Source of the DNA: Escherichia coli
Lineage (GTDB): Bacteria; Pseudomonadota; Gammaproteobacteria; Enterobacterales; Enterobacteriaceae
Reading direction: 5' to 3' (one strand)
Length of the DNA stretch: 64,000 bases
Assembly (NCBI RefSeq): GCF_036507355.1
Contig: NZ_AP027877.1
In this document: one piece after another, positions 54,158 through 64,000 of the stretch
Position numbering within the stretch: position 1 is the first letter of the stretch
Layout of the letters: each line of letters begins with the position of its first letter
Position numbers and translations under genes: made by a program
The notes under the pieces: model-generated
What the model saw: the letters and a program-made list of their open reading frames with translations, nothing else
Databases searched by the model: none
What the model was told of the DNA's origin: nothing

Positions 54158-56305
54158 ATGAACGTTATTGCAATATTGAATCACATGGGGGTTTATTTTA
54201 AAGAAGAACCCATCCGTGAACTTCATCGCGCGCTTGAACGTCTGAACTTCCAGATTGTTTACCCGAACGACCGTGACGACTTATTAAAACTGATCGAAAA
54301 CAATGCGCGTCTGTGCGGCGTTATTTTTGACTGGGATAAATATAATCTCGAGCTGTGCGAAGAAATTAGCAAAATGAACGAGAACCTGCCGTTGTACGCG
54401 TTCGCTAATACGTATTCCACTCTCGATGTAAGCCTGAATGACCTGCGTTTACAGATTAGCTTCTTTGAATATGCGCTGGGTGCTGCTGAAGATATTGCTA
54501 ACAAGATCAAGCAGACCACTGACGAATATATCAACACTATTCTGCCTCCGCTGACTAAAGCACTGTTTAAATATGTTCGTGAAGGTAAATATACTTTCTG
54601 TACTCCTGGTCACATGGGCGGTACTGCATTCCAGAAAAGCCCGGTAGGTAGCCTGTTCTATGATTTCTTTGGTCCGAATACCATGAAATCTGATATTTCC
54701 ATTTCAGTATCTGAACTGGGTTCTCTGCTGGATCACAGTGGTCCACACAAAGAAGCAGAACAGTATATCGCTCGCGTCTTTAACGCAGACCGCAGCTACA
54801 TGGTGACCAACGGTACTTCCACTGCGAACAAAATTGTTGGTATGTACTCTGCTCCGGCAGGCAGCACCATTCTGATTGACCGTAACTGCCACAAATCGCT
54901 GACCCACCTGATGATGATGAGCGATGTTACGCCAATCTATTTCCGCCCGACCCGTAACGCTTACGGTATTCTTGGTGGTATTCCACAGAGTGAATTCCAG
55001 CACGCTACCATTGCTAAGCGCGTGAAAGAAACACCAAACGCAACCTGGCCGGTACATGCTGTAATTACTAACTCTACCTATGATGGTCTGCTGTACAACA
55101 CCGACTTCATCAAGAAAACACTGGATGTGAAATCCATCCACTTTGACTCCGCGTGGGTGCCTTACACCAACTTCTCACCGATTTACGAAGGTAAATGCGG
55201 TATGAGCGGTGGCCGTGTAGAAGGGAAAGTGATTTACGAAACCCAGTCCACTCACAAACTGCTGGCGGCGTTCTCTCAGGCTTCCATGATCCACGTTAAA
55301 GGTGACGTAAACGAAGAAACCTTTAACGAAGCCTACATGATGCACACCACCACTTCTCCGCACTACGGTATCGTGGCGTCCACTGAAACCGCTGCAGCGA
55401 TGATGAAAGGTAATGCTGGTAAGCGTCTGATCAACGGTTCCATTGAACGTGCGATCAAATTCCGTAAAGAGATCAAACGTTTGAGAACGGAATCTGATGG
55501 CTGGTTCTTTGATGTATGGCAGCCGGATCATATCGATACGACTGAATGCTGGCCGCTGCGTTCTGACAGCACCTGGCACGGCTTCAAAAACATCGATAAC
55601 GAGCACATGTATCTTGACCCGATCAAAGTCACCCTGCTGACTCCGGGGATGGAAAAAGACGGCACCATGAGCGACTTTGGTATTCCGGCCAGCATCGTGG
55701 CGAAATACCTCGACGAACATGGCATCGTTGTTGAGAAAACCGGTCCGTATAACCTGCTGTTCCTGTTCAGCATCGGTATCGATAAGACCAAAGCACTGAG
55801 CCTGCTGCGTGCTCTGACTGACTTCAAACGTGCGTTCGACCTGAACCTGCGTGTGAAAAACATGCTGCCGTCTCTGTATCGTGAAGATCCTGAATTCTAT
55901 GAAAACATGCGTATTCAGGAACTGGCTCAGAATATCCACAAACTGATTGTTCACCACAATCTGCCGGATCTGATGTATCGCGCATTTGAAGTGCTGCCGA
56001 CGATGGTAATGACTCCGTATGCTGCGTTCCAGAAAGAGCTGCACGGTATGACCGAAGAAGTTTACCTCGACGAAATGGTAGGTCGTATTAACGCCAATAT
56101 GATCCTTCCATATCCGCCGGGAGTTCCTCTGGTAATGCCGGGTGAAATGATCACCGAAGAAAGCCGTCCGGTTCTGGAGTTCCTGCAGATGCTGTGTGAA
56201 ATCGGCGCTCACTATCCGGGCTTTGAAACCGATATTCACGGTGCATACCGTCAGGCTGATGGCCGCTATACCGTTAAGGTATTGAAAGAAGAAAGCAAAA
56301 AATAA
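54158..56305 (+). CDS. cadA: Inducible lysine decarboxylase CadA
   Basis: ATG at 54158 (MNVIAILNHMGVYFKEEPIRELHRALERLNF..., 715 aa) with GGAGA 8 nt upstream. Confidence 0.96.
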   Translation: MNVIAILNHMGVYFKEEPIRELHRALERLNFQIVYPNDRDDLLKLIENNARLCGVIFDWDKYNLELCEEISKMNENLPLYAFANTYSTLDVSLNDLRLQISFFEYALGAAEDIANKIKQTTDEYINTILPPLTKALFKYVREGKYTFCTPGHMGGTAFQKSPVGSLFYDFFGPNTMKSDISISVSELGSLLDHSGPHKEAEQYIARVFNADRSYMVTNGTSTANKIVGMYSAPAGSTILIDRNCHKSLTHLMMMSDVTPIYFRPTRNAYGILGGIPQSEFQHATIAKRVKETPNATWPVHAVITNSTYDGLLYNTDFIKKTLDVKSIHFDSAWVPYTNFSPIYEGKCGMSGGRVEGKVIYETQSTHKLLAAFSQASMIHVKGDVNEETFNEAYMMHTTTSPHYGIVASTETAAAMMKGNAGKRLINGSIERAIKFRKEIKRLRTESDGWFFDVWQPDHIDTTECWPLRSDSTWHGFKNIDNEHMYLDPIKVTLLTPGMEKDGTMSDFGIPASIVAKYLDEHGIVVEKTGPYNLLFLFSIGIDKTKALSLLRALTDFKRAFDLNLRVKNMLPSLYREDPEFYENMRIQELAQNIHKLIVHHNLPDLMYRAFEVLPTMVMTPYAAFQKELHGMTEEVYLDEMVGRINANMILPYPPGVPLVMPGEMITEESRPVLEFLQMLCEIGAHYPGFETDIHGAYRQADGRYTVKVLKEESKK

Positions 56306-56363
56306 TTAGCTCGTACAAGGGAAGTGGCTTGCCACTTCCCTTTTTTGCTCATAAGGAGAACAC

Positions 56364-57821
56364 ATGAAAACACCCTCACAGCCGCGCGCGATATACTATA
56401 TCGTGGCGATCCAAATCTGGGAGTACTTCAGTTTTTACGGCATGCGTGCCTTACTCATTCTCTATCTCACCCATCAGCTTGGTTTTGATGATAACCATGC
56501 CATCAGCCTGTTCAGCGCATATGCTTCTCTGGTTTACGTTACCCCTATTCTCGGCGGCTGGCTTGCCGACCGCCTGCTCGGCAACCGCACTGCAGTGATT
56601 GCCGGCGCGCTGTTAATGACCCTTGGCCATGTGGTGCTGGGCATTGATACAAATTCAACCTTTAGCCTGTATCTGGCGCTGGCAATCATTATTTGTGGCT
56701 ACGGTTTATTCAAATCAAACATCAGCTGTTTGCTTGGCGAGCTCTACGACGAGAACGATCATCGACGTGATGGCGGTTTTTCGCTGCTGTATGCTGCGGG
56801 CAATATCGGTTCTATCGCCGCCCCAATCGCCTGCGGCCTGGCTGCTCAGTGGTATGGATGGCATGTTGGCTTTGCCCTTGCGGGTGGCGGCATGTTTATC
56901 GGTTTGTTGATTTTCTTAAGCGGTCATCGTCATTTCCAGTCCACGCGTAGTATGGATAAAAAAGCGCTCACTAGCGTGAAATTTGCCTTACCAGTATGGA
57001 GCTGGTTAGTGGTGATGCTCTGTTTAGCCCCAGTATTTTTTACTCTGCTGCTGGAGAACGACTGGTCCGGATATTTGCTGGCGATCGTTTGCCTCATTGC
57101 CGCACAAATCATTGCCCGCATGATGATCAAATTCCCCGAACACCGCCGTGCTCTTTGGCAAATTGTATTGTTGATGTTTGTCGGGACGTTGTTCTGGGTA
57201 CTGGCACAACAGGGCGGCAGTACCATCAGCTTGTTTATCGATCGCTTTGTGAATCGTCAGGCATTCAATATTGAAGTACCTACTGCACTATTCCAGTCGG
57301 TGAATGCAATTGCGGTGATGCTCGCTGGGGTTGTTCTGGCCTGGCTGGCGTCGCCAGAAAGCCGCGGCAACTCAACATTGCGCGTCTGGCTGAAGTTTGC
57401 CTTTGGCTTACTGCTGATGGCTTGTGGCTTTATGTTGCTGGCATTTGATGCCCGACATGCAGCGGCTGACGGTCAAGCGTCAATGGGCGTGATGATATCC
57501 GGGTTGGCGCTAATGGGCTTTGCCGAACTCTTTATTGACCCGGTGGCGATTGCGCAAATCACGCGTCTGAAAATGTCTGGCGTATTAACCGGGATTTATA
57601 TGCTGGCAACAGGCGCGGTCGCCAACTGGCTGGCAGGCGTAGTGGCACAGCAGACGACAGAGTCGCAAATTAGCGGTATGGCAATTGCAGCTTACCAGCG
57701 ATTCTTTTCTCAGATGGGAGAGTGGACGTTGGCTTGTGTCGCGATCATCGTGGTATTGGCCTTTGCTGCCCGTTTTCTGTTTAGCACGCCGACGAATATG
57801 ATACAGGAGAGCAACGATTAA
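56364..57821 (+). CDS. dtpC: Proton-dependent di/tripeptide transporter DtpC (YjdL), POT family
   Basis: 485-aa polytopic [38 protein letters not shown]... Confidence 0.93.
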   Translation: MKTPSQPRAIYYIVAIQIWEYFSFYGMRALLILYLTHQLGFDDNHAISLFSAYASLVYVTPILGGWLADRLLGNRTAVIAGALLMTLGHVVLGIDTNSTFSLYLALAIIICGYGLFKSNISCLLGELYDENDHRRDGGFSLLYAAGNIGSIAAPIACGLAAQWYGWHVGFALAGGGMFIGLLIFLSGHRHFQSTRSMDKKALTSVKFALPVWSWLVVMLCLAPVFFTLLLENDWSGYLLAIVCLIAAQIIARMMIKFPEHRRALWQIVLLMFVGTLFWVLAQQGGSTISLFIDRFVNRQAFNIEVPTALFQSVNAIAVMLAGVVLAWLASPESRGNSTLRVWLKFAFGLLLMACGFMLLAFDARHAAADGQASMGVMISGLALMGFAELFIDPVAIAQITRLKMSGVLTGIYMLATGAVANWLAGVVAQQTTESQISGMAIAAYQRFFSQMGEWTLACVAIIVVLAFAARFLFSTPTNMIQESND

Positions 57822-58057
57822 CTGTCGTAAAAACAATTATTTATGAATAAATTAACTTTCAGTTTATAACACTAGCAAATCGATATTAATAAGTCATTTA
57901 AACCATTTTGATGGTTATTTATTAGTGATATCAACTTGAGGTAAGCGTTAGTTTCGATAAGATAAACTGAGTTACTAATAGTCGAGGCAGATAATACAGT
58001 GTACCGATCTGTCTCTTTATCTACGCTAAATTGAAAGCTGGATTTAGAGGAACCAAA

Positions 58058-59575
58058 ATGTCTGAACAAGAAACACGGGGAGCCAATGAGGCTATTGATT
58101 TTAACGATGAACTGAGAAATCGCCGCGAAAAACTGGCGGCACTACGTCAGCAAGGTGTGGCGTTTCCCAATGATTTTCGCCGCGACCATACCTCTGACCA
58201 GTTGCACGAAGAGTTTGATGCGAAGGATAACCAGGAACTGGAATCCTTAAACATTGAAGTCTCGGTTGCTGGCCGAATGATGACCCGTCGTATCATGGGG
58301 AAAGCCTCCTTTGTAACGTTGCAGGATGTCGGTGGCCGTATTCAACTGTACGTCGCACGAGATAGCCTGCCAGAAGGTGTTTATAACGATCAGTTTAAAA
58401 AATGGGATCTGGGTGACATTATCGGTGCCCGCGGTACGCTGTTTAAGACGCAAACGGGTGAGCTTTCCATTCACTGTACTGAGCTGCGTCTGCTGACTAA
58501 AGCACTACGTCCTTTACCAGATAAATTCCATGGTCTGCAGGATCAGGAAGTTCGTTATCGTCAACGTTATCTGGACCTCATCGCTAACGATAAATCCCGT
58601 CAAACGTTTGTTGTCCGTTCAAAAATTCTGGCCGCTATCCGTCAGTTCATGGTCGCGCGCGGCTTTATGGAAGTAGAAACCCCGATGATGCAGGTAATTC
58701 CAGGTGGGGCATCTGCTCGCCCGTTTATTACCCATCATAATGCTCTGGATTTAGATATGTATCTGCGTATCGCGCCGGAGCTGTATCTGAAACGTCTGGT
58801 TGTAGGCGGTTTTGAACGGGTATTCGAAATCAACCGTAACTTCCGTAATGAAGGTATTTCTGTTCGCCATAATCCTGAGTTCACAATGATGGAACTCTAC
58901 ATGGCGTATGCGGATTACCACGATTTGATTGAACTGACAGAGTCACTGTTCCGCACCCTGGCACAAGAGGTTCTGGGTACCACTAAAGTCACTTATGGCG
59001 AGCATGTGTTTGATTTCGGCAAACCGTTTGAAAAACTCACCATGCGCGAAGCAATCAAAAAATATCGTCCAGAAACCGATATGGCCGACCTGGATAATTT
59101 TGATGCTGCTAAAGCATTAGCTGAATCTATCGGTATTACGGTAGAGAAAAGCTGGGGGCTGGGACGTATTGTCACGGAGATCTTTGATGAAGTGGCAGAA
59201 GCACATCTGATTCAGCCAACCTTTATTACGGAATATCCGGCAGAAGTGTCACCGCTGGCACGCCGTAATGATGTTAACCCGGAAATCACCGACCGTTTTG
59301 AATTCTTCATCGGTGGTCGTGAAATCGGTAATGGTTTTAGCGAATTAAACGACGCAGAAGATCAGGCTGAACGTTTCCAGGAACAGGTTAATGCTAAAGC
59401 TGCAGGTGACGACGAAGCCATGTTCTATGACGAAGATTACGTGACTGCGCTGGAATATGGTCTGCCGCCAACCGCTGGTCTGGGTATTGGTATCGACCGA
59501 ATGATTATGCTGTTCACAAACAGTCATACTATTCGCGACGTTATTCTCTTCCCGGCGATGCGCCCACAGAAATAA
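58058..59575 (+). CDS. lysU: Lysine--tRNA ligase, heat-inducible isoform
   Basis: ATG at 58058 ([40 protein letters not shown]..., 505 aa); class II aaRS. Confidence 0.95.
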
Positions 59576-59588
59576 ATTTCACTTTAAT

Positions 59589-59618
59589 GAACGAAGCAGT
59601 CAGGCGACTGCTTCGTTC
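59589..59618. terminator. Perfect 13-bp stem hairpin between the convergent lysU and ghoT (likely bidirectional terminator)
   Basis: gaacgaagcagtc-aggc-gactgcttcgttc. Confidence 0.5.
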
Positions 59619-59693
59619 GTCGTTCCGCAAATCCAGTTTTGAGGAGAGACGCTTCGTTTCACGATAACCAGCGGGTCCACTCAACTACAGCTC

Positions 59694-59867
59694 CTAAAAG
59701 AGAGAAAAAAGTAATGCCACAGGCAGACTCATTGGCCAGGTTATTCCGACCAGGAATGCACTAAGTAAACGAATATGTGTTTTCTCATGTGAGATAAACC
59801 AGATAATGACAAAGGATATGTTCACACCAATCACATAAAAAATTAATATTTTAGAGAATAGTGCCAT
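59694..59867 (-). CDS. ghoT: Type V toxin GhoT (small membrane-lytic peptide)
   Basis: Hand-translated 57-aa ORF MALFSKILIFYVIGVNISFVIIWFISHEKTHIRLLSAFLVGITWPMSLPVALLFSLF; below the ORF-track cutoff. Confidence 0.85.
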   Translation of the reverse strand: MALFSKILIFYVIGVNISFVIIWFISHEKTHIRLLSAFLVGITWPMSLPVALLFSLF

Positions 59868-59894
59868 TTTTTATGTTCTTCTTATCCTTCCTGG

Positions 59895-60191
59895 CTACTT
59901 GTAAAACTGACGGAAATAGTCATCAACTGTCATAATGTTGAGGTCAAAGTCAATATCCGGTAAGTCTAAGCATTTAAGCCTGATTAAATCTTCGATTTCA
60001 CTTGCGGCTAACGATGTCGTTATTGCGAAGGAGTTTTCATTCAATTGTCGTGGTATCCCATATTCATCAGCCACGATAGAGGAGAAATTCATATCATACA
60101 TCAATGATCTTAACCTTAAGAACACTGAGGAATAAGATGATGGATAATCAAAAGAAACAACATAAGTATTGAACTTGTTTTTACCTTCCAT
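59895..60191 (-). CDS. ghoS: Type V antitoxin GhoS (endoribonuclease cleaving ghoT mRNA)
   Basis: 98-aa ORF MEGKNKFNTYVVSFDYPSSYSSVFLRLRSLMYDMNFSSIVADEYGIP... immediately upstream of ghoT. Confidence 0.87.
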   Translation of the reverse strand: MEGKNKFNTYVVSFDYPSSYSSVFLRLRSLMYDMNFSSIVADEYGIPRQLNENSFAITTSLAASEIEDLIRLKCLDLPDIDFDLNIMTVDDYFRQFYK

Positions 60192-60417
60192 AATATGACT
60201 CCTATCAATATTGAACGCTCTGGGGACGCAAAACTTATTAACCCCGATTGATGATTCTCATATAGGAGATATTCTTTTTTTTGCTCAGTAAAGGGGATGA
60301 CTTGGGACAAAAAAACGCGCTCTCTGCCCATTCTTTGTGCATCCCCCTACCCTTCAGATGCTCTCCTGCATCACACCGTGGAGAGCATGAAAAATATCGT
60401 GAATCTGTACTCTCCCA

Positions 60418-60690
60418 TCAACTGCGAATATCATCATACTCCCGCGTTTTATCAAATTCGTGTTTCGCAAATGGACATAATGGGATAATTTTTCGTTTTT
60501 CCCGACGCATTTTTTCCACGACTTTCGCAACCAGCTGTTTACCAATCCCTTGCCCTTTCAGGCTTTCATCGACATCGGTATGTTCGATAATCGCTAAATT
60601 CTCTCCGGTCGGCACAAAGACAATTTCAGCGATTTGCTTGCCCTGTTCATCATTAATGTAAAATTTATTGTAGCCTTCGCGTATTTCCAT
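60418..60690 (-). CDS. yjdJ: GNAT-like small protein YjdJ
   Basis: 90-aa [56 protein letters not shown]... Confidence 0.8.
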   Translation of the reverse strand: MEIREGYNKFYINDEQGKQIAEIVFVPTGENLAIIEHTDVDESLKGQGIGKQLVAKVVEKMRREKRKIIPLCPFAKHEFDKTREYDDIRS

Positions 60691-60701
60691 TTTACCCTCG
60701 C

Positions 60702-60932
60702 TTATTTATGACGGTATTTCAGCGCGCCGCTCGGGCACGTATCAATCACTTTAACCACAGTGGTAACGTCGACTTCATCCGGCATGATCCACGGCTTTCG
60801 TTTGAGATTAAATAACTTGCCGTTGCCACGTACGCAATTGCCAGAATGCTGACATATCGCAGTATTGAAATAGACATCGATCTTTTCGCCGGTATAACAG
60901 CGATAACCCCCGTCCAGTAGCGCCTGATCCAT
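60702..60932 (-). CDS. yjdI: Small Cys-rich protein YjdI
   Basis: 76-aa [42 protein letters not shown]... Confidence 0.8.
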   Translation of the reverse strand: MDQALLDGGYRCYTGEKIDVYFNTAICQHSGNCVRGNGKLFNLKRKPWIMPDEVDVTTVVKVIDTCPSGALKYRHK

Positions 60933-61112
60933 GACCTTCCCTCTCTCATCAGTATGATTATCGCTATAAGCATAGCCCTGGAATCCTCATACAGCACTGG
61001 CAGTTTCCGTTGCCAGAGTCTCTTCCCCTATATAGCCAATCATTCTTACTCCCTTTGAATTACCCGCCTCATCAGAGATAATGCTTAAGAAATTTGTCAC
61101 ACAAGGAAGCTG

Positions 61113-62744
61113 ATGAGACATTCATTGCCCTACCGCATGTTACGCAAACGTCCGATGAAATTGAGTACCACAGTGATCTTAATGGTCAGCGCGGTACTGT
61201 TCTCGGTGCTATTGGTGGTGCATCTGATTTACTTCTCGCAAATCAGTGATATGACGCGAGACGGGCTAGCCAACAAGGCACTGGCAGTGGCGCGTACTCT
61301 CGCCGACTCGCCGGAAATCCGTCAGGGCTTGCAGAAAAAACCGCAGGAGAGTGGAATCCAGGCCATCGCGGAAGCCGTGCGCAAACGCAACGATCTGCTG
61401 TTTATTGTCGTTACCGATATGCAAAGTCTTCGCTATTCGCATCCTGAAGCCCAGCGTATTGGTCAGCCATTTAAAGGTGATGACATCCTTAAGGCGCTGA
61501 ATGGCGAAGAAAATGTCGCTATCAATCGCGGTTTTCTGGCGCAGGCTTTACGCGTATTTACCCCCATCTACGATGAAAATCATAAACAAATTGGCGTGGT
61601 GGCGATCGGCCTTGAGTTAAGCCGCGTGACCCAACAGATCAATGACAGTCGCTGGAGCATTATCTGGTCAGTATTATTTGGCATGCTGGTCGGACTGATT
61701 GGCACCTGCATTCTGGTTAAAGTACTGAAAAAAATCCTTTTCGGCCTGGAACCCTACGAAATCTCCACGCTGTTTGAGCAACGCCAGGCCATGTTGCAGT
61801 CTATCAAAGAAGGCGTCGTTGCCGTGGACGATCGCGGCGAGGTCACGCTGATCAACGATGCCGCACAAGAATTGCTGAATTACCGTAAGTCGCAGGACGA
61901 TGAGAAACTGTCGACGCTAAGCCACTCGTGGTCACAGGTGGTAGATGTCTCGGAAGTGTTACGCGACGGTACCCCGCGCCGCGACGAAGAGATTACGATT
62001 AAAGATCGGCTATTACTGATCAACACCGTTCCGGTGCGCAGTAATGGCGTTATCATCGGTGCCATTTCAACCTTCAGGGACAAAACTGAAGTACGTAAAC
62101 TGATGCAGCGACTCGACGGTCTGGTCAACTATGCTGATGCACTTCGTGAACGATCCCACGAATTTATGAATAAATTGCATGTGATTCTCGGATTATTGCA
62201 TCTGAAGAGTTATAAGCAGTTGGAAGATTACATTCTCAAAACAGCCAATAACTATCAGGAAGAGATTGGCTCTCTGCTGGGTAAGATCAAATCTCCGGTT
62301 ATCGCTGGTTTTTTAATCAGCAAGATTAACCGCGCGACCGATTTAGGCCATACGCTGATTTTAAACAGTGAAAGCCAGCTGCCAGACAGCGGCAGTGAGG
62401 ACCAGGTCGCGACGCTGATTACCACATTGGGAAATCTGATAGAAAACGCGCTGGAAGCATTAGGGCCGGAACCCGGAGGCGAAATTAGCGTAACATTGCA
62501 CTACCGTCACGGCTGGCTGCACTGTGAAGTTAATGATGATGGACCGGGGATCGCACCCGATAAAATCGATCACATTTTTGACAAAGGTGTCTCGACAAAA
62601 GGAAGCGAGCGAGGCGTCGGTTTAGCACTTGTCAAACAACAGGTAGAAAATCTCGGCGGCAGCATCGCCGTGGAATCGGAACCCGGGATTTTCACACAAT
62701 TTTTTGTCCAGATACCCTGGGACGGGGAGAGGTCGAACAGATGA
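61113..62744 (+). CDS. dcuS: C4-dicarboxylate sensor histidine kinase DcuS
   Basis: 543-aa ORF with two TM segments flanking a periplasmic PAS-like domain, H-box (SHEFMNKLHVI) and HATPase domain. Confidence 0.95.
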   Translation: MRHSLPYRMLRKRPMKLSTTVILMVSAVLFSVLLVVHLIYFSQISDMTRDGLANKALAVARTLADSPEIRQGLQKKPQESGIQAIAEAVRKRNDLLFIVVTDMQSLRYSHPEAQRIGQPFKGDDILKALNGEENVAINRGFLAQALRVFTPIYDENHKQIGVVAIGLELSRVTQQINDSRWSIIWSVLFGMLVGLIGTCILVKVLKKILFGLEPYEISTLFEQRQAMLQSIKEGVVAVDDRGEVTLINDAAQELLNYRKSQDDEKLSTLSHSWSQVVDVSEVLRDGTPRRDEEITIKDRLLLINTVPVRSNGVIIGAISTFRDKTEVRKLMQRLDGLVNYADALRERSHEFMNKLHVILGLLHLKSYKQLEDYILKTANNYQEEIGSLLGKIKSPVIAGFLISKINRATDLGHTLILNSESQLPDSGSEDQVATLITTLGNLIENALEALGPEPGGEISVTLHYRHGWLHCEVNDDGPGIAPDKIDHIFDKGVSTKGSERGVGLALVKQQVENLGGSIAVESEPGIFTQFFVQIPWDGERSNR

Positions 62745-63460
62745 TCAATGTATTAATTATCGATGACGACGCAATGGTCGCGGAGCTGAATCGCCGATAC
62801 GTGGCACAAATCCCGGGCTTTCAATGCTGTGGAACGGCCTCGACGCTGGAGAAAGCCAAAGAGATTATCTTCAATAGCGATACGCCTATCGACCTGATAT
62901 TGCTCGATATCTATATGCAAAAAGAGAACGGGCTCGATTTACTGCCTGTCCTGCATAACGCGCGTTGCAAAAGTGATGTGATTGTCATCTCCTCCGCAGC
63001 CGATGCGGCAACCATTAAAGATTCGCTGCATTACGGTGTCGTGGATTACCTGATCAAACCCTTCCAGGCTTCCCGCTTTGAAGAGGCGCTCACCGGCTGG
63101 CGGCAAAAGAAAATGGCGCTGGAAAAACATCAGTATTATGACCAGGCCGAGCTTGATCAGCTAATCCACGGCAGCAGCTCCAACGAGCAGGATCCTCGTC
63201 GCTTGCCAAAAGGCTTAACGCCGCAGACGTTACGCACACTGTGCCAGTGGATTGACGCGCATCAGGACTATGAGTTTTCAACCGACGAGCTAGCCAACGA
63301 GGTTAACATTTCGCGTGTTTCCTGCCGTAAATACCTCATCTGGCTGGTCAACTGCCACATCTTGTTCACCAGTATCCATTATGGCGTCACGGGGCGTCCG
63401 GTTTACCGTTACCGTATTCAGGCAGAACACTACTCACTGCTGAAACAATATTGCCAATAA
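62741..63460 (+). CDS. dcuR: Response regulator DcuR
   Basis: 239-aa ORF MINVLIIDDDAMVAELNRRYVAQIPGF... (receiver domain plus C-terminal HTH); ATG overlaps the dcuS stop (ATGA). Confidence 0.95.
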   Translation: MINVLIIDDDAMVAELNRRYVAQIPGFQCCGTASTLEKAKEIIFNSDTPIDLILLDIYMQKENGLDLLPVLHNARCKSDVIVISSAADAATIKDSLHYGVVDYLIKPFQASRFEEALTGWRQKKMALEKHQYYDQAELDQLIHGSSSNEQDPRRLPKGLTPQTLRTLCQWIDAHQDYEFSTDELANEVNISRVSCRKYLIWLVNCHILFTSIHYGVTGRPVYRYRIQAEHYSLLKQYCQ

Positions 63461-63512
63461 CGGATCGCTGGTTATCTGTAAGTAATAATTATTACCGTAA
63501 TGCAAAATACCC

Positions 63513-63553
63513 CTGGCACAAGTTACATCGTTAATCAGTAAAACTTGTGCCAG
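63513..63553. other. Perfect 12-bp inverted repeat downstream of dcuR in an AT-rich spacer
   Basis: ctggcacaagtt-(17 nt)-aacttgtgccag; no U-tract, so more likely a protein-binding palindrome than a terminator. Confidence 0.3.
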
Positions 63554-64000
63554 ATCAAATATAATTATCCCTCCATCATCGTTAAAAATTAATATCTCTT
63601 CAGATGAACGGTGTTTTTAATTTCAAAACGCTAACAAAAGTTAATTAACTATTATGTCACCCGCATTATGTGTATTTTTACCCACAAATGGGTAAATCAG
63701 ATTAATCTATAAACCTAATGATATCTGCCCTGAGAACAAAAAACAGACCGATAAATATCAATAAGATAACAGCAAACAAAACATTAACATCTGCGCAGTA
63801 CAAACTTTAAACCCATCGCCAGAGAGTTTTTCTCTCTGAAAAAGCCGCTTATCACAGTGCATAAATTTGCCGCTGCTTTAATCAGCCAATATTCACTGTG
63901 AGGTATTTGCTAAAGCCGGTAACGACCAAACGGATATTTAGTCAGGCTCTGAAAACAGTTCATACAAAACAGAACGTGACTGTGATCTATTCAGCAAAAA

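Noticed and set aside
55175-56239. 354-aa minus-strand ORF antisense to cadA
   Set aside because: Fully inside cadA; the translation is Arg/His/Phe-rich nonsense; shadow ORF.

Overview
This 64 kb window is ordinary, well-characterised Escherichia coli core chromosome, and I see no evidence of an undescribed multi-gene system. Every stretch long enough to hold a gene is accounted for by a recognisable product. The window is collinear, in reverse-complement orientation, with the K-12 interval from yjfK/yjfL to dcuSR. Gene order: yjfK/L, yjfJ, yjfI, rlmB, rnr, nsrR, purA, yjeT, hflC, hflK, hflX, hfq, miaA, mutL, amiB, tsaE, nnr (all minus); queG (plus); three tandem tRNA-Gly (minus); orn (minus); rsgA, psd, mscM (plus); yjeM, epmA (minus); frdABCD, ampC, blc (plus); gdx, ecnB, ecnA, efp (minus); epmB (plus); an IS1 element; yjeJ (plus); yjeI, groL, groS (minus); yjeH (plus); fxsA (minus); aspA, dcuA, cutA, dsbD, yjdC, tRNA-Phe, cadC, cadB, cadA, dtpC, lysU (plus); ghoT, ghoS, yjdJ, yjdI (minus); dcuS, dcuR (plus). 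All identifications rest on my recognition of the translated proteins and motifs; no database search or alignment was possible, and reference lengths and reference gene order are quoted from memory. Where the ORF track starts upstream of the start I recognise, I used the internal start. The points worth a second look are small strain-level differences from the reference layout as I remember it: (1) yjfK and yjfL read as one 370-aa ORF, consistent with a 2-bp slippage in a GCGCGCG tract; (2) GroEL carries five rather than four C-terminal GGM repeats (551 aa); (3) an intact IS1 with a 9-bp target-site duplication sits between epmB and yjeJ; (4) the small yjeN/yjeO ORFs I expect between yjeM and mscM are absent. 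Three small genes fall below the ORF-track cutoff and were found by direct translation: ghoT, ecnA and ecnB.
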